Shown here: in pieces, positions 1 to 10,386 of the stretch
Layout: each line of letters begins with the position of its first letter
How positions within the stretch are numbered: the stretch's first letter is position 1
NCBI GenBank assembly: GCA_036172245.1
Contig: JAYWIR010000055.1
Span: forward strand, 930,001-950,468
Reading direction: 5' to 3'
DNA: 20,468 nt
Source: Raillietiella orientalis
Lineage: Eukaryota
Notes under the pieces: model-generated
The model's database searches: none
The model's input: only the letters and a program-made list of their open reading frames with translations
What the model was told of the DNA's origin: nothing
Made by a program: the position numbers and the translations under genes

Positions 1-1949
1 AAAAGTCCTCAGAAGATTACGTTAGCATTCAATGTAAACAGCAACGCAAGTAGGCAGACCTGGACAAAGTACTGTTGTTGATCATTCTAACTTATATGAC
101 CAAGTGCTCTTCGAGAGTGTCTTTCAAAAACTCGCGCCATATCTGCAGCAGCTTACATGCAAACAAACAACTTGAATCACGCGACCAAGCACAGGAACAT
201 ATCCCCATTCCATGCGTATTTTGTGGACATCTTTTGGTCATCCAGGGAGCCATTATGGTTGCGACTGGTCGGGTAATGTTCCTTAAAAGTGCAGCAAGAG
301 CAAACGCTTGCTATTCCGAAACAGTAGGTGTTGTCTCAATGTCAACTTTCTTAAATGGGTTTTATTCTCAGCCGTGTGTTGCATGTTTTGGTAGCGTGCT
401 TTGTATATAACGAAATCCGAAGAAATTGGAATTACTAGTTTCAATTCAGCGGCTCTGGCTTTCCAACCATTATGATCTTAGCTGTTCCTTTATCAGTGTA
501 AAAGTCGAAGGCGTATTGCAACCGTGCCTTGCTGTTCCGGACAAGTAGGACTTCATTATCTTATCGTAGTAAAATTTTATAGGGTAGTCTGAGTGGAGTC
601 GAAATCAACGAATGTCATTAAAGTCGTCAAGCTGGCTTCGTCGAGGCTCCATCCTTCATTAGAAAATGATACAATAGTGGAACCAAACGTTCTACGTTCT
701 GGTCGTAGCTTCTGATTGTTAGGTAGGAGACTACAGCCAAGCCTGATGATGACACTAGCATTCTAGCAGTCGTACTATATTAGTGATGTATATACACAGC
801 GAAACATCTGTAATACTGTCAATCGGAACAGGCATCATTAAGTTTTGATGCACTGTTTAGCATTGTATGGTGTAGGCAAGTAGGCAATCAACCTACTCAC
901 TTCTGCTCCTATCCGCAAACACTAAGTTCCTAGCCTTGCCCAGGTAGAGAACAATGATGTGATACTTTATGGTTGTCCTCATCCGATTTCGCCTTTCTCT
1001 TGTTAATTGAATGAGTACATTTGAACGCATCGTTAGTTACGATCTGGCGATCTGGTTCTCCATTTTGCCTACGACACAAATTATTAGAGGGCTTCCTCAC
1101 TTTTTGAAAATGAGAAGCCACTTTACGAATCCTAAGCTGATTTTTCTCAAGCTGTTGTCTGCATGTACGCAACTACACGCACTTGCAGACCCTCTTCTTC
1201 CGGGATGTTGTAAGTATTCTAGTTCTTCATGAAGTCAAGCTGACCAATGTACACTATATCAACGGTATTTAGATTAAAAGCACTTTCTTTTTCATGTATG
1301 TCTATTTTAAGAGTCCTTTTGCCTGTGCCTTCTTTTTATCAAAGATTTACAAGTGATGCATTTGAAAGCTCTTCTCAAGCGTTGGTAACATGGCACGAGG
1401 AAGGACTTTCCACACTGGCCAGTGGCATGCTGGTCTCCTCTGAATCCGTAAAGGAAGACGTAAAATCAAAGTGATAACGTACTGCTGCAGGTCATTGCTA
1501 GTGTATTTCGGGTTTCGCTGCTCGCGAACAGTCGGCACTGCAGCTCTTCGAGCTTTGTGACAATTCATAGCATCAAACCATTATGGCAATCTGGAACTAG
1601 GACAAGAAAAAAATTCGGTGGTGAACACAAAGAGTTAAAGGATGAAGCGTGTTGGCAGCAAGAATTGGGAGTATCGCTCAGGCAAGGGGAAAAAGAAGGT
1701 ACGGGGATAGCACAAAAACTCAAGACGCTTGCTTGAGACGGGGTGACATGCACGTGACCTTACCTCTTTCACAGATCAAAACACACGGACTTGCAAATAG
1801 CTTGCTTGTGAGGTACCGTCGGGTTTTAAAGTAGAGTAGCCAATTGTGCATCTAGGCGTGGTATGTTGGTTTGGCATGGCGCTTCTGTACCAGTAATGAA
1901 AATCTGCAAACATCCAAGTTGGATGCCATCACGTTGACAACCGTGATGG

Positions 1950-3120
1950 TGTCCGGCTTACACTGGGTGATTCCAAACGAAGGTGTTTTTTTCTAACTCG
2001 CAGGCAGCTTGAAGCTCAGGAAAGACTTGTTACTGTGCTTGCCGTGGCTTTCGTGTAGCATATTTTCAGCGATTTTTCTGCGAATGAATCCTTAGTTGAC
2101 TTGTCAGATCTGGATCTGAAAAAAGCAAGGATGCAAAAGGAAGAAGGCAAATGGTGCCTATTATAACACGGCGGAAAGATGGCGAGTCACTGTCGCGTGC
2201 GACTTACCTACTTAAGTGTTCCCAGTGATTGCATGTCACTTGCTTCACAGGAATGAGTTAGTACTTCCATCCAGGAACGAGCTGCACCGGATGGAAGTAC
2301 GAGGGGATCACTGTAATGCCCATCAACAGGATGGGATGCTGGTAGTTGTGAAGGGTGAAGCCTATTGCAGCGTTTGCTTCGAACCCTGTTTAGTATCAAA
2401 TGAAAAAGCTCACCTCCGTAAGCAAATCATTTGTGGTCTGCTCATGTGAGATTGCCTTCAAAACTTGCGAAAACGATGTAGTGGATGTCCAAAAGGTTCT
2501 TGCCATCGTGCACACTCTAAGGAAGGCCAAAACCTTCAAAAGAGTTCAAGCTTGCCTACAGCGAAGTCTGCCTCAGGAGTCACGGTAGCGGACAGGAAAG
2601 TATATGCTCCTGAACTTGGTGAACGGCATCCTTTGTTCACCTGTGGTACATGGAGAAAAACCATGTTTGTCCGTTAACTACAAAAAAGAGTAGCATCTCA
2701 TGAGCAACTGTTCTTTCATTAAATCTCCCTATTCCAACTAGCACGGCCACACGAAATCTATCTACTCTAAGCTGATCATGCAGATCGTCAGAAAAAGCAA
2801 ACTGCATGCTGTGATAAAGCACGCGCTGCTAAAACGGAGACCGTTGTCATGGAGACGTAGGAAGCGTCTTACCAGAAAAGGCGTGGGAATATACCAGCTA
2901 GGCGGAAGAGGTCTGCAAAAAGGTGTGAGAAGGAAAAGAATCTCCAGCATCTTGCAAAGACTGGCATGAAGGAACGTGCGTCTAGGGATCTTTTCGTTTC
3001 TAAGAGTGTGCCATCGTGCTTCAGCGGGTGTGACACTTGCTGCCGGCGAAGCTCCAAATAAGACATCAACGAGAGTTATAACGGAAGCGCAAGCGACCCT
3101 GTCATGATGGAGCCTTCTCG
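1950..3120 (+). pseudogene. E1: heavily decayed LINE ORF1 relic (E5-like)
   Basis: Colinear remnants: LLQRLLRT (about 2362-2385), SFVVCSCEI...DVVDV...VHTL, SASGVTVADRKV, VNG, VHLWY (GTTCACCTGTGG at 2635-2646, identical in E5), decayed knuckles KE*HLMSNC and HGH, then a basic tail. Boundaries approximate. Confidence 0.72.
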
Positions 3121-4324
3121 TCAACTCTTAATACACACATCACTCGGGAGGCATTTAAAATTCGATTCATCGATGCCAAGAATACCAGATAGTCCTCGAA
3201 TTCTTTTCTTAGTCCACTGTTCGTAATTTCAAGGATTTATACTTTTCCAATTACTAGTAGCAGCAATCCAGCAAGCATAAATGGAGAATCCCTATTTTGG
3301 TTAAACTGAGTTAGTAGATCTACAGCAATATTTTCTATCTTTCTCCATGTCTTTCATCATCAGTTGGTCTCTTTGAGATCCTCATCGCAATAATAGGTTC
3401 ATCACTGATTCTAGTTGCACACCTGCAAGTCTCCTATTTGTGGTAAGCTCATTACTACCATTGCGGAAACCTAGATCTACAATATTTGCATGAATACCTG
3501 AATAACTTTCCAATAATTTGCCTTGCAAATACAAATGTGCTAAGTTTTCCACTGAGATTAATCCCCTAGTCTGAGAAGCTTAGACTGCAGGTTCAGTTAT
3601 GTAAACATCAATTAATGACCCTTCAATTTCTGGTATTGTGACTATAGATTCTGGGACGGGGTCCTTATGTCTTTTGCTTGTGGGGTGATAACTCCCTGCA
3701 TTCTTCACTTGAATACCCTGTAATTGAATGAAGTGAAGTACTTTTTTGTGGTTAAACATGATTATTTGTTGCGATATATTGATTCTGATATTATTAAAAT
3801 TAGTTACATTATGGTTTTGTTCCACAAGCACAAGAAGTTCAAGTTCCTTAATACTGTTCTATTTCTATATACAACGTAATTCATATAATGTGTTAAAATC
3901 GATACTTTTCCTTTCAGTTGATCTTTCTATTCCAGATTCACTGGTCAGCGTGTTCGTAGTGTGCACTGACGTACATGTTTTCAGTCTGCGTGGTGGTTTG
4001 CACAGAAGACTACATCTCTCATGAGTGCTATGTAGCTTCTGACACATCGACTTGAGGAGCAGGTTGTATTGCGGCTCGCTTTCTGGAAATCGATCTGCAA
4101 AACGCATTCGATGAGAGATGGAAATCATCTTGAGATTCAATTGTTTTGAAGATGAAGTGTGAAGATCGCATGAGTTCGAATCTGGAATGCAAATTTCCCA
4201 TATATGAACCCAGTCTAGTTCCCCGAACTTGCTTGTGTCGGACGCACGAATTGCATTTCTAGCCTGCATGATGGTTTCCATAGAAGAAAATACAACTGTC
4301 ATGTGTGCTGGGTCTGCTTCTGAT

Positions 4325-4925
4325 ATTTCTTGATATCTGGCGACTTCAACGGGCGTACGTGCTTTTCCAACGTTCTGTCTCCCATTTCAGGGATCTTTTT
4401 GCTGATGCTTCCTTGGTTATAGAATGACCAATGTGCTATAGAGGTCTATGGAGGAGTTCCGCTGCTCCTGTGGAGGAACCAACGATCGTAGCCACTTCCT
4501 CTACCTCTCTATCGGCGCAGACTTTAGCCGAAGTTGCAGCTGTGGCGGTGACGCAAGGAGCGGCGGGACTCGAGTCGCGCGTCCCTGTGGCAAATGGTTA
4601 CAAACCCGCTCTCCGGTACAAGGTAAGCGACTTTGCTTTAGAGCGCATTCGCCGCCAAAGTGGGCACTAGTTGCAGTGTTTTTGCGTGAATAAGATGAAA
4701 GTCTAGTCCTTGATACCCAGAAATGGCCAAGGATGCTGGCGTCTCATCTGCAAGGACATTCTCGTAGTGCAGCGTTTGTTGCGCAGCCTAGTCGTAGTAA
4801 AATGAAAAAATTTCCCCAGTTCGGATAATCGCTCGTTCATAGTTCACGTGAGCAATATGGAAGACCACTTCACAGATCAGGACGTCATGCGAGCGATGAC
4901 TAATTTCACCACAGTCCACACGATT
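4325..4925 (+). pseudogene. E2: degenerate LINE 5' UTR + N-terminal half of ORF1 (E5-like), 3'-truncated
   Basis: NGYKPALRYKVS, then in a shifted frame RLICKDILVVQRLLRS...SFIVHVSNMEDHFTDQDV...FTTVHT, matching E5 GYMPALRYKVS and KIRCKNAALVQRLLRT...SFVVQLCDIEPEISDRDV...FASVHA. Confidence 0.82.
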
Positions 4926-6171
4926 GCTCCTGGATAGTCCTTCGCGACCAGAGGCGAATAGTTTTCTGAAGCCAGCCGTTCGCGAGGCGGATCGAGATCC
5001 ATCCTGGGTTTGTCCTCTCGAGTTTGGACGCCCTCCAAAGCTGCAATTCGCAGTGGCAGATGGGACTTCGGAGTGCAAGGTAGGATGAGAGTTCCGCGTT
5101 GCCGGTGGCCTGTTCGACGGGGAGAAGTGCAGGGCCGCACCAGGTTGTGCTACGATTCTTCTCCATGAAGGCAATGATCCAGAACTGGAATGGACGGTCA
5201 AACCGCTGCAGTTCTGGATGTTTGTGCCCGCCATTTTCTTTTTGTTTTTTTTTCACTTTGCCCGCGCGTTCCTTCTGCGCCTTTTTTTTGGCCGAGGGAA
5301 TCGTGGTGCAGCGTTTGAGGCACACGCGCCGAACGTAGTTCTGTTCCCCGCACAGGTGGCACTCGATATTCTGGCAACTCTTGCGTAGGTGTCCTACTGC
5401 ATCGCAGTAGCCAGAGTACTGAGGCTTCCCCACGTACCAGAGGTCGACCAACTCGTTGGCGGCCTCTAGCTCGTGGGAGAGCCCATTTACCTTTTTTACA
5501 GTGACACGCGCCGCGGCCATGCCCCCCAAAAGGCTATTATAACCCTCGAATATCGCAGCGCGTGCACATCGCCGAATTCTTTAACTCATCACTAATCGCA
5601 GCCCGCGTCATGCGGTTTGTTATTCCTGTCAAATGGACCAATATGGAGCGGTCCAATGACAAAGGGAAGATCTTGCGGCCATCAACGATCAGCGGGGTGT
5701 TGATCAGGCATTGCGCCAAGGTGATGTCCTTGCAGACAACCTCTACATGCAGACCCCCGCTGAGAACGGAGAGGCCATCAAGATATCCCTCACATATGTT
5801 TTCCTCCTTTGATGCTTTGGTGAAAGTGCGCGCGGTCTTTCCATCAAACAATACACAAGCGAAGGCTTGTAATCTGAGTCCCTGTAAGCGGCTTGCTCTG
5901 CCAAGGCTTCGGCCGATAGCGCGGCCACCATGGCACTCCACGTCCTCGCCGGCGGCGGGGATGATACTGGGGCAGTTGCCACTATCTGCTGGTTGCGGGA
6001 AAAAACTTGCCTTCCCCACACCTACCTCCATCTCGGTGTCCTCAGGCATCGCTGCCATTAGACACCCACGATGTGCAAAAACACAGAACACCAACGCACA
6101 AAACTCCGACAATTCGCTGACGGAGCGCAACAAAAGCACGTCCGTTCGCATCGCGCGGGCGTATTAAGATT
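4926..6171 (-). pseudogene. E3: frameshifted LINE 5' UTR + ORF1 copy (E6/E7 subfamily)
   Basis: MPEDT start at 6049. Pieces across frames: SSPPPARTWSAMVAA, DYKPSLVY, GLSVLSGGLHVEVVCK, SILVHLTGITNRM, AAARVTV, VDLWYVGKP, (S)GYCDAVGHLRKSC, CHLCGEQNYVRRVC. Boundaries approximate. Confidence 0.88.
6132..6143 (-). promoter_or_regulatory. E3 DPE-like GGACGTGCTTTT
   Basis: Same motif and similar position (about 94 nt upstream of the ATG) as in E6/E7. The unrelated ORF2 fragment begins about 30 nt upstream. Confidence 0.45.
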
Positions 6172-6174
6172 GCT

Positions 6175-6290
6175 TACCCGGGTGGTAACCTCAAATCCGG
6201 GAGGCAGGCGATGCAAGGGGAACTCCTCACAGAACTCGCGGACCGAGGCCTTAAAGCAGTCCCAATCGTTGAGACTATGGAGCCCCGAGC
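6175..6290 (-). pseudogene. Short ORF2 fragment (EN-RT linker) of an L-A relative
   Basis: Translates SLNDWDCFKASVREFCEEFPLHRLPPGF, versus L-A TLQDWDRFKRSVQEFCDQFPLHRLPTGF (about 9540-9625). Confidence 0.85.
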
Positions 6291-6299
6291 GAGCATCCC

Positions 6300-6625
6300 C
6301 TATCGCTGTTACTGAGTTTCGGTTTTTTTTTGGCGTTTGCGTGTAGTGTGGGCGGTGGTCTAGGCAGCAATGCCTGACGCCTCCACCAGTGAGGATCCGG
6401 GGGCGATGACCTCATCACCTCTGGAGATGAAGTGGGGGCTCCCGCCCTTACTGATGCGTTCCCAACCCTATCCAGGGTTTGCAACGCCATGGTCGCCGCA
6501 CCTACGCCGGCGCCTATGGCGGAGATGCGCGCTTACTTCGAGCAACTAAGCGCTATATCGCGCTTAGGCACGATGGAACGCCGGGGGCCTTAGCGGTCGC
6601 GGTCGATCTCTGCAAAGCGTTCGAT
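6300..6625 (+). pseudogene. E4: internally deleted LINE relic, partial 5' UTR + ORF1 N-terminus joined to an RT subdomain-3 fragment
   Basis: GCGGTGGTCTAGGCAGCAATG (ATG 6370) resembles E6 GCGGTTGTTCCTGGGCAGCAATG. SRVCNAMVAAPTPAPMAEMRAY matches E6 ARAWSAVVAAPTPPPAVEQRAY. It is followed directly by GALAVAVDLCKAFD, matching L-A GALAIAIDLRKAFD. Confidence 0.8.
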
Positions 6626-6655
6626 ATTCACCCGGGATTCGCCGGGGCGTTTATT
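6626..6655 (-). terminator. L-A 3' end: AATAAA followed by a GC-rich hairpin
   Basis: Minus strand reads AATAAA-CGCCCCGGCGAATCCCGGGTG-AAT. CCCGG pairs with CCGGG, and element sequence ends right after it. Confidence 0.6.
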
Positions 6656-6786
6656 GGAACAATGAACTTTAACAAAGACGTGCAGTGAATGGACCATTGC
6701 TCCAGCCACTCACGAAGAAACACAGAGCCTGCCGGGTCAGAGGTTCGCAGACCGGTACGGTCCACCACGGCAGCAGGGGGAAGGGG

Positions 6787-6825
6787 TAAAAACAAAAAAC
6801 AAAACAAAAAAGAAAAGAAAAAAAA
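6787..6825 (-). repeat. U-rich low-complexity tract in the L-A 3' UTR
   Basis: A-rich on the plus strand (runs of A separated by single C or G), about 20 nt after the inferred ORF2 stop. Confidence 0.7.
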
Positions 6826-6845
6826 TGGTAGGGTACGGGAAGGGA

Positions 6846-9800
6846 TCACTGTAGCTGGTGGGGCCGTTGCATCCTCTGCAGGATGCCGGCAAGCTCTTTC
6901 TGCATTCCTGGATCCAGGTGGGGCCATCTCGACGCCCTCCGCAGGAAATGGGCGGCGCCCTGGATGGCACCCTTATCGCGAGGTCCTCCCGTAGCCTTAC
7001 TCTAAGCGACGACGATCCCGCGAAGGCAGCACAGGGCTGCTAACGAGGCCGCTGGCCGAAGGGCGTCGGCAACGAAGAGGGCTTTCAGAGCGTGCCTGGG
7101 GTTGCCGCAGGGGATTCCGATGGCCGCGGCAAAGCGAAACCAAAGGGGCCGAAGGGCAACACAATCCACTAGCAGGTGGGAGAAGGACTCCCGTTCCCCA
7201 CACCTGACGCAGTTGGAGTCCACCGCTCCCCAGGTCCAGTGGTGTCGGCGGGCGTTGCAGGGGAGTCCCCAGTGCTGCAACAGGAATGCCGACTCCTGCC
7301 ATTTTAAGGGGAGGGTGGAGGTGTTCATTAGTACCGGGGGCCACTTCAAACGTTCAACGGGAACGTCGAGAAGCGCGCCCCAGCGAAGAAGTCCATGGGG
7401 AGGCGTACTCGAGGTGCCAGCGTCAGTTAGCTGACCCGTCTTCCACTCTCCTATCTTCTTCTCCTTCCCGGAGATTGTAACTGTAACCTCCCACTTCGCC
7501 GCAACATCGCTGTCCAGATCTTTCATAAGGGAGCGCAGCGCAGCAGCGAGGGGGGTTCTTCCTGCCCACGCTCTCTTCTTTGGATCCTCCAGGATCTCGC
7601 GGAGCGTGCAACTTTTGCAACCCCCAAACAGGAACCTTCGTTCCTGTTGGGAGCGTTGCATGCCGAACTGTCCCCACGTTCGAACGGTTTCCTGCAGCCA
7701 GGCACTACCGTTCAAAGGGCGACAGGTGAGCAATCCTGGGTTTTTCCGATACAGCGCAGCGACCCTCCGTAGCTGGAGTCCGCATCGGTTGACGCGGCGA
7801 CGGAGTGCAAGAAACGACGTCAGTCCCGTCTTGCCGGTGGCTTGCTGGAGAAGGAGACGTGCAGGGACGCACCAACAGGTGCACCACAACTCTGGAACGA
7901 GTGCCTACAATCGGAACTGGAGCTGAAGCTCCAGCCGCTACAGCGTCAGGAGGCCCAGACCACCATCCCGACGAGGAGCGCACCAGTCCTTTAAGCGGAA
8001 TCGGGCCCTCCCGTTGCCCCAAAGGGCGATACGGAGGAGGTCCTTTGTCCGCTTTTTAATCCTCTCTGTGGGGGGGCAAACAAAAAGCCAGGGGCGGAGG
8101 AGAGGAGACGCGAACGTGTTCCAAACCGCGGCCCGTTCAGGCAGGAAAAACCTGCCGCCTCGGAACGGGCCGATCGTCGTCTCTACTTTTTGGAGGCAGC
8201 AGGACCACGCTTCCGCAGGGGAGTAGTCCCCCAACGGCACACCAAGGTACTTGAGGTACCTCACCGTGGGGATCCCCAGACGACCCAGTCCTGCTGCCCT
8301 GCCCACGCCGCACCAACTGGCATCACGCACGACTTCTCCCTGTTCACCGTAATTCCGGTTCCCCGATGCAGCAGGTCGAAGAACTCCTCGACCGCCGCAG
8401 CCGGGGTGGACATAGGGAGCAACAGCAGAAGGTCGTCCGCGTACTCTGAAACGGCCGGCGTACCGGCACAGTCGTGCGGCAGGTGCGCCAGTTTTCCCCT
8501 GTACGCTCTCAGTACCAACTCAAAGTAGGTGCTGAAGAGCAAGGGGCTCAGGCTGTCTCCCTGCGGGATCCCACGCCGCACCGGCACGCTGTGCACGGTC
8601 TGCCCGTTGAAAGAAACGTTGATGAGCGCGTCGCGCCAGCTGGAGCGCAGATAGACCACTAATGAGGCCAGGAAGCCCAAGCGTTCCAGAAGCTCCAGAA
8701 GGAGATAATTGTCGACGCAATCGAATGCTTTGCGCAAGTCGATTGCGATCGCAAGTGCTCCCTCCCCCACCCGACCATCCAACCCCTTTCCGGCGCACGC
8801 ACCGGAATTCCCGCTGCGCAGCAAGCTCCTTTCTTGTTGGATCACTAGCCTGATGGAAGCGTGGAACAGGTTCGCCTCCATGCTTCGCGCAGGAACTGTA
8901 TATGTCTGTTCCGGGCTAATGAAGATGTTGGCAACCCGTCCCAGAAGCTCTGCCCAAACCTTAGCTAGCAACTTCGCGTCCGCATTCACTATTATGATGG
9001 GACGGCAGTTGTTCATGCTCCTCAGATCTCCTTTCTTAGGGAGGAGCCGCACATTTGCCGAACGAAACGTGGCGGGAACGTCACCTGTCTCGCGTATCAG
9101 CGAGGTGAGTTGCTGTACCAGGGGGTAAGCTCAGCCGCGAAAGTTTGGTAAAACTCCGCGGGCAGGCCGTTCTCCTTTGGAGCCTTGCTCCTCTTGAGCT
9201 TTCCGATGGCCGAGATGATCTCGCCCATCGTGAAAGGCTCGTCGAGGGACTTTTTCTCCTCCTCCCCGATCGCTGGAGAGCCTTCCGGAAGCAGGAGTCG
9301 TGAGACGTTCCTGTCCGGAGGAGCCCTGGCATACAGGGAGGAGTAGTATCTCCGCAGCAGGCCGCGGATTTGGGCGGGTGCCGAGTGCTCCTGGCCCTGA
9401 TCGTCCAGTAAGCTGTCCGATCCTGACTGCCAGGCTTGCCTCTCGACTCCCGCTTTGTATTCCGCAAGCCTGCGGATGTCGGGGGTCCTGGCGTTACGAC
9501 GGGCCTGCAGATAGGCTCGTTCGTTACGGACCCCGGTCCCAAAACCCGTAGGTAGGCGGTGCAGAGGGAACTGGTCGCAGAACTCCTGTACCGACCGCTT
9601 GAAGCGGTCCCAATCCTGGAGTGTCCGCAGCCTGAAGCTCCGTATGAACGTGCGGAGATGTTCCGCCGCGTGCGGGAGCTTGAGCCAGTCCCCTGGGAGA
9701 CGACGCGCTGACGAGGAGGGGCCCCTGTCGCGCGGATGGATCTCGAGGACTATCGGGCTATGGTCGGACAGCTCGCACGGTAACTTGCCGCGCCTGCCCA

Positions 9801-10250
9801 CGCGAGGGCACATGTACTCGCCGAGAAACACGTGGTCAATGCTGTCTTCCATCCCCGGTGCACTTGCTAACAAATTACAGGTGTGCACCGCCATGCACAC
9901 CTCGTTGACCAGGTCAGGCTCTGGAGTCTGCCCATCTGGTATCAGGCGAACGTTGAAATAGCCTGCAACCAGATGTGCATTCGGCACGCCTGCTTTGGTC
10001 AGCCAGTCGCGCCGGAGGGCAAGGAAAAACTCTTTCCTCGCCCTCTTCTTCAGGTTCGCGCCGCTCGGTGCGTACACGTTCGTGACGATCAATCGATCGA
10101 GTCGGACCACCTGAGATTCAGCTGGCCGACACGACCGTGTTCTTCGAACCGCGCGCTCCGAGCCGCGACCTCGATGGCTGGCCGAAGCAGGTAGGCGACA
10201 CCGCAACATTTCGCTCTCCCACACCTGTACCACAGCCGCCCTCCGGAGAT
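6846..10250 (-). pseudogene. L-A ORF2, partial APE endonuclease + reverse transcriptase + CCHC
   Basis: Motifs GVAYLL, NVYAP, AGYFN (catalytic D replaced by Y), IDH, SDH, KAPKENG, LLPKKGD, RPI, DLRKAFD, GIPQGDSLSP, YADD (8443-8432), KYLGV, GGLG, CVRCGERESFSHLLVDC. Frameshifts near 10095, 9120 and 8310; in-frame TAGs at 7938, 7905 and 7002. Reading past 7002, the frame ends at TGA 6848-6846. Confidence 0.93.
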
Positions 10251-10251
10251 C

Positions 10252-10290
10252 CGTTCGATCTCTTGCGCTCCTACACTGCAGACGTGTTTC
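10252..10290 (+). promoter_or_regulatory. E5 5' end with DPE-like AGACGTG
   Basis: AGACGTGTTT at 10280-10289, about 28 nt from the L-A junction and 107 nt upstream of the ORF1 ATG. Confidence 0.45.
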
Positions 10291-10386
10291 CGCGTCTATC
10301 CGCGCCAACGATCGGGCAACTTTGTCCCTGCGTTTTCGCTCGCACTTGTGTGTACCTGTGCAATCATCCAAGTAGCATAGTGCAAC

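Larger units (their letters stand above)
6626..10251 (-). mobile_element. L-A: 5'-truncated (or interrupted) LINE, L1/Tx1-like, ORF2 and 3' UTR only
   Basis: Partial APE, full RT and CCHC, followed by a U-rich 3' UTR, AATAAA (6655-6650) and a hairpin. Similarity to the L-B endonuclease stops at about 10250. Candidate 8-bp TSD CGTTCGAT at 6618-6625 and 10252-10259. Confidence 0.9.

Noticed and set aside
140..1090. Integrase-like snippets (N...SPFHAYF near 180-225; GDLVL near 1046-1060)
   Set aside because: Too short, wrongly spaced, and no DDE core or LTRs seen.
1..1950. Short ORFs and possible small GT-AG introns on the minus strand (about 800-1200) suggesting a host gene
   Set aside because: I could not assemble a consistent exon chain or recognise a protein; may be old decayed repeat.
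4056..4127. RT-like motif ARFLEIDLQNAFD on the plus strand
   Set aside because: Single isolated motif with no flanking RT homology; may be a relic but is not supportable.
3865..4302. 145-aa minus-strand ORF as a real gene
   Set aside because: No recognisable domain, and it crosses a compositional boundary near 3930.
6787..6825. A-rich run as the poly(A) tail of a plus-strand element
   Set aside because: No matching TSD or adjacent AATAAA seen; it lies between the L-A ORF2 stop and its AATAAA, so it is better read as a U-rich 3' UTR.
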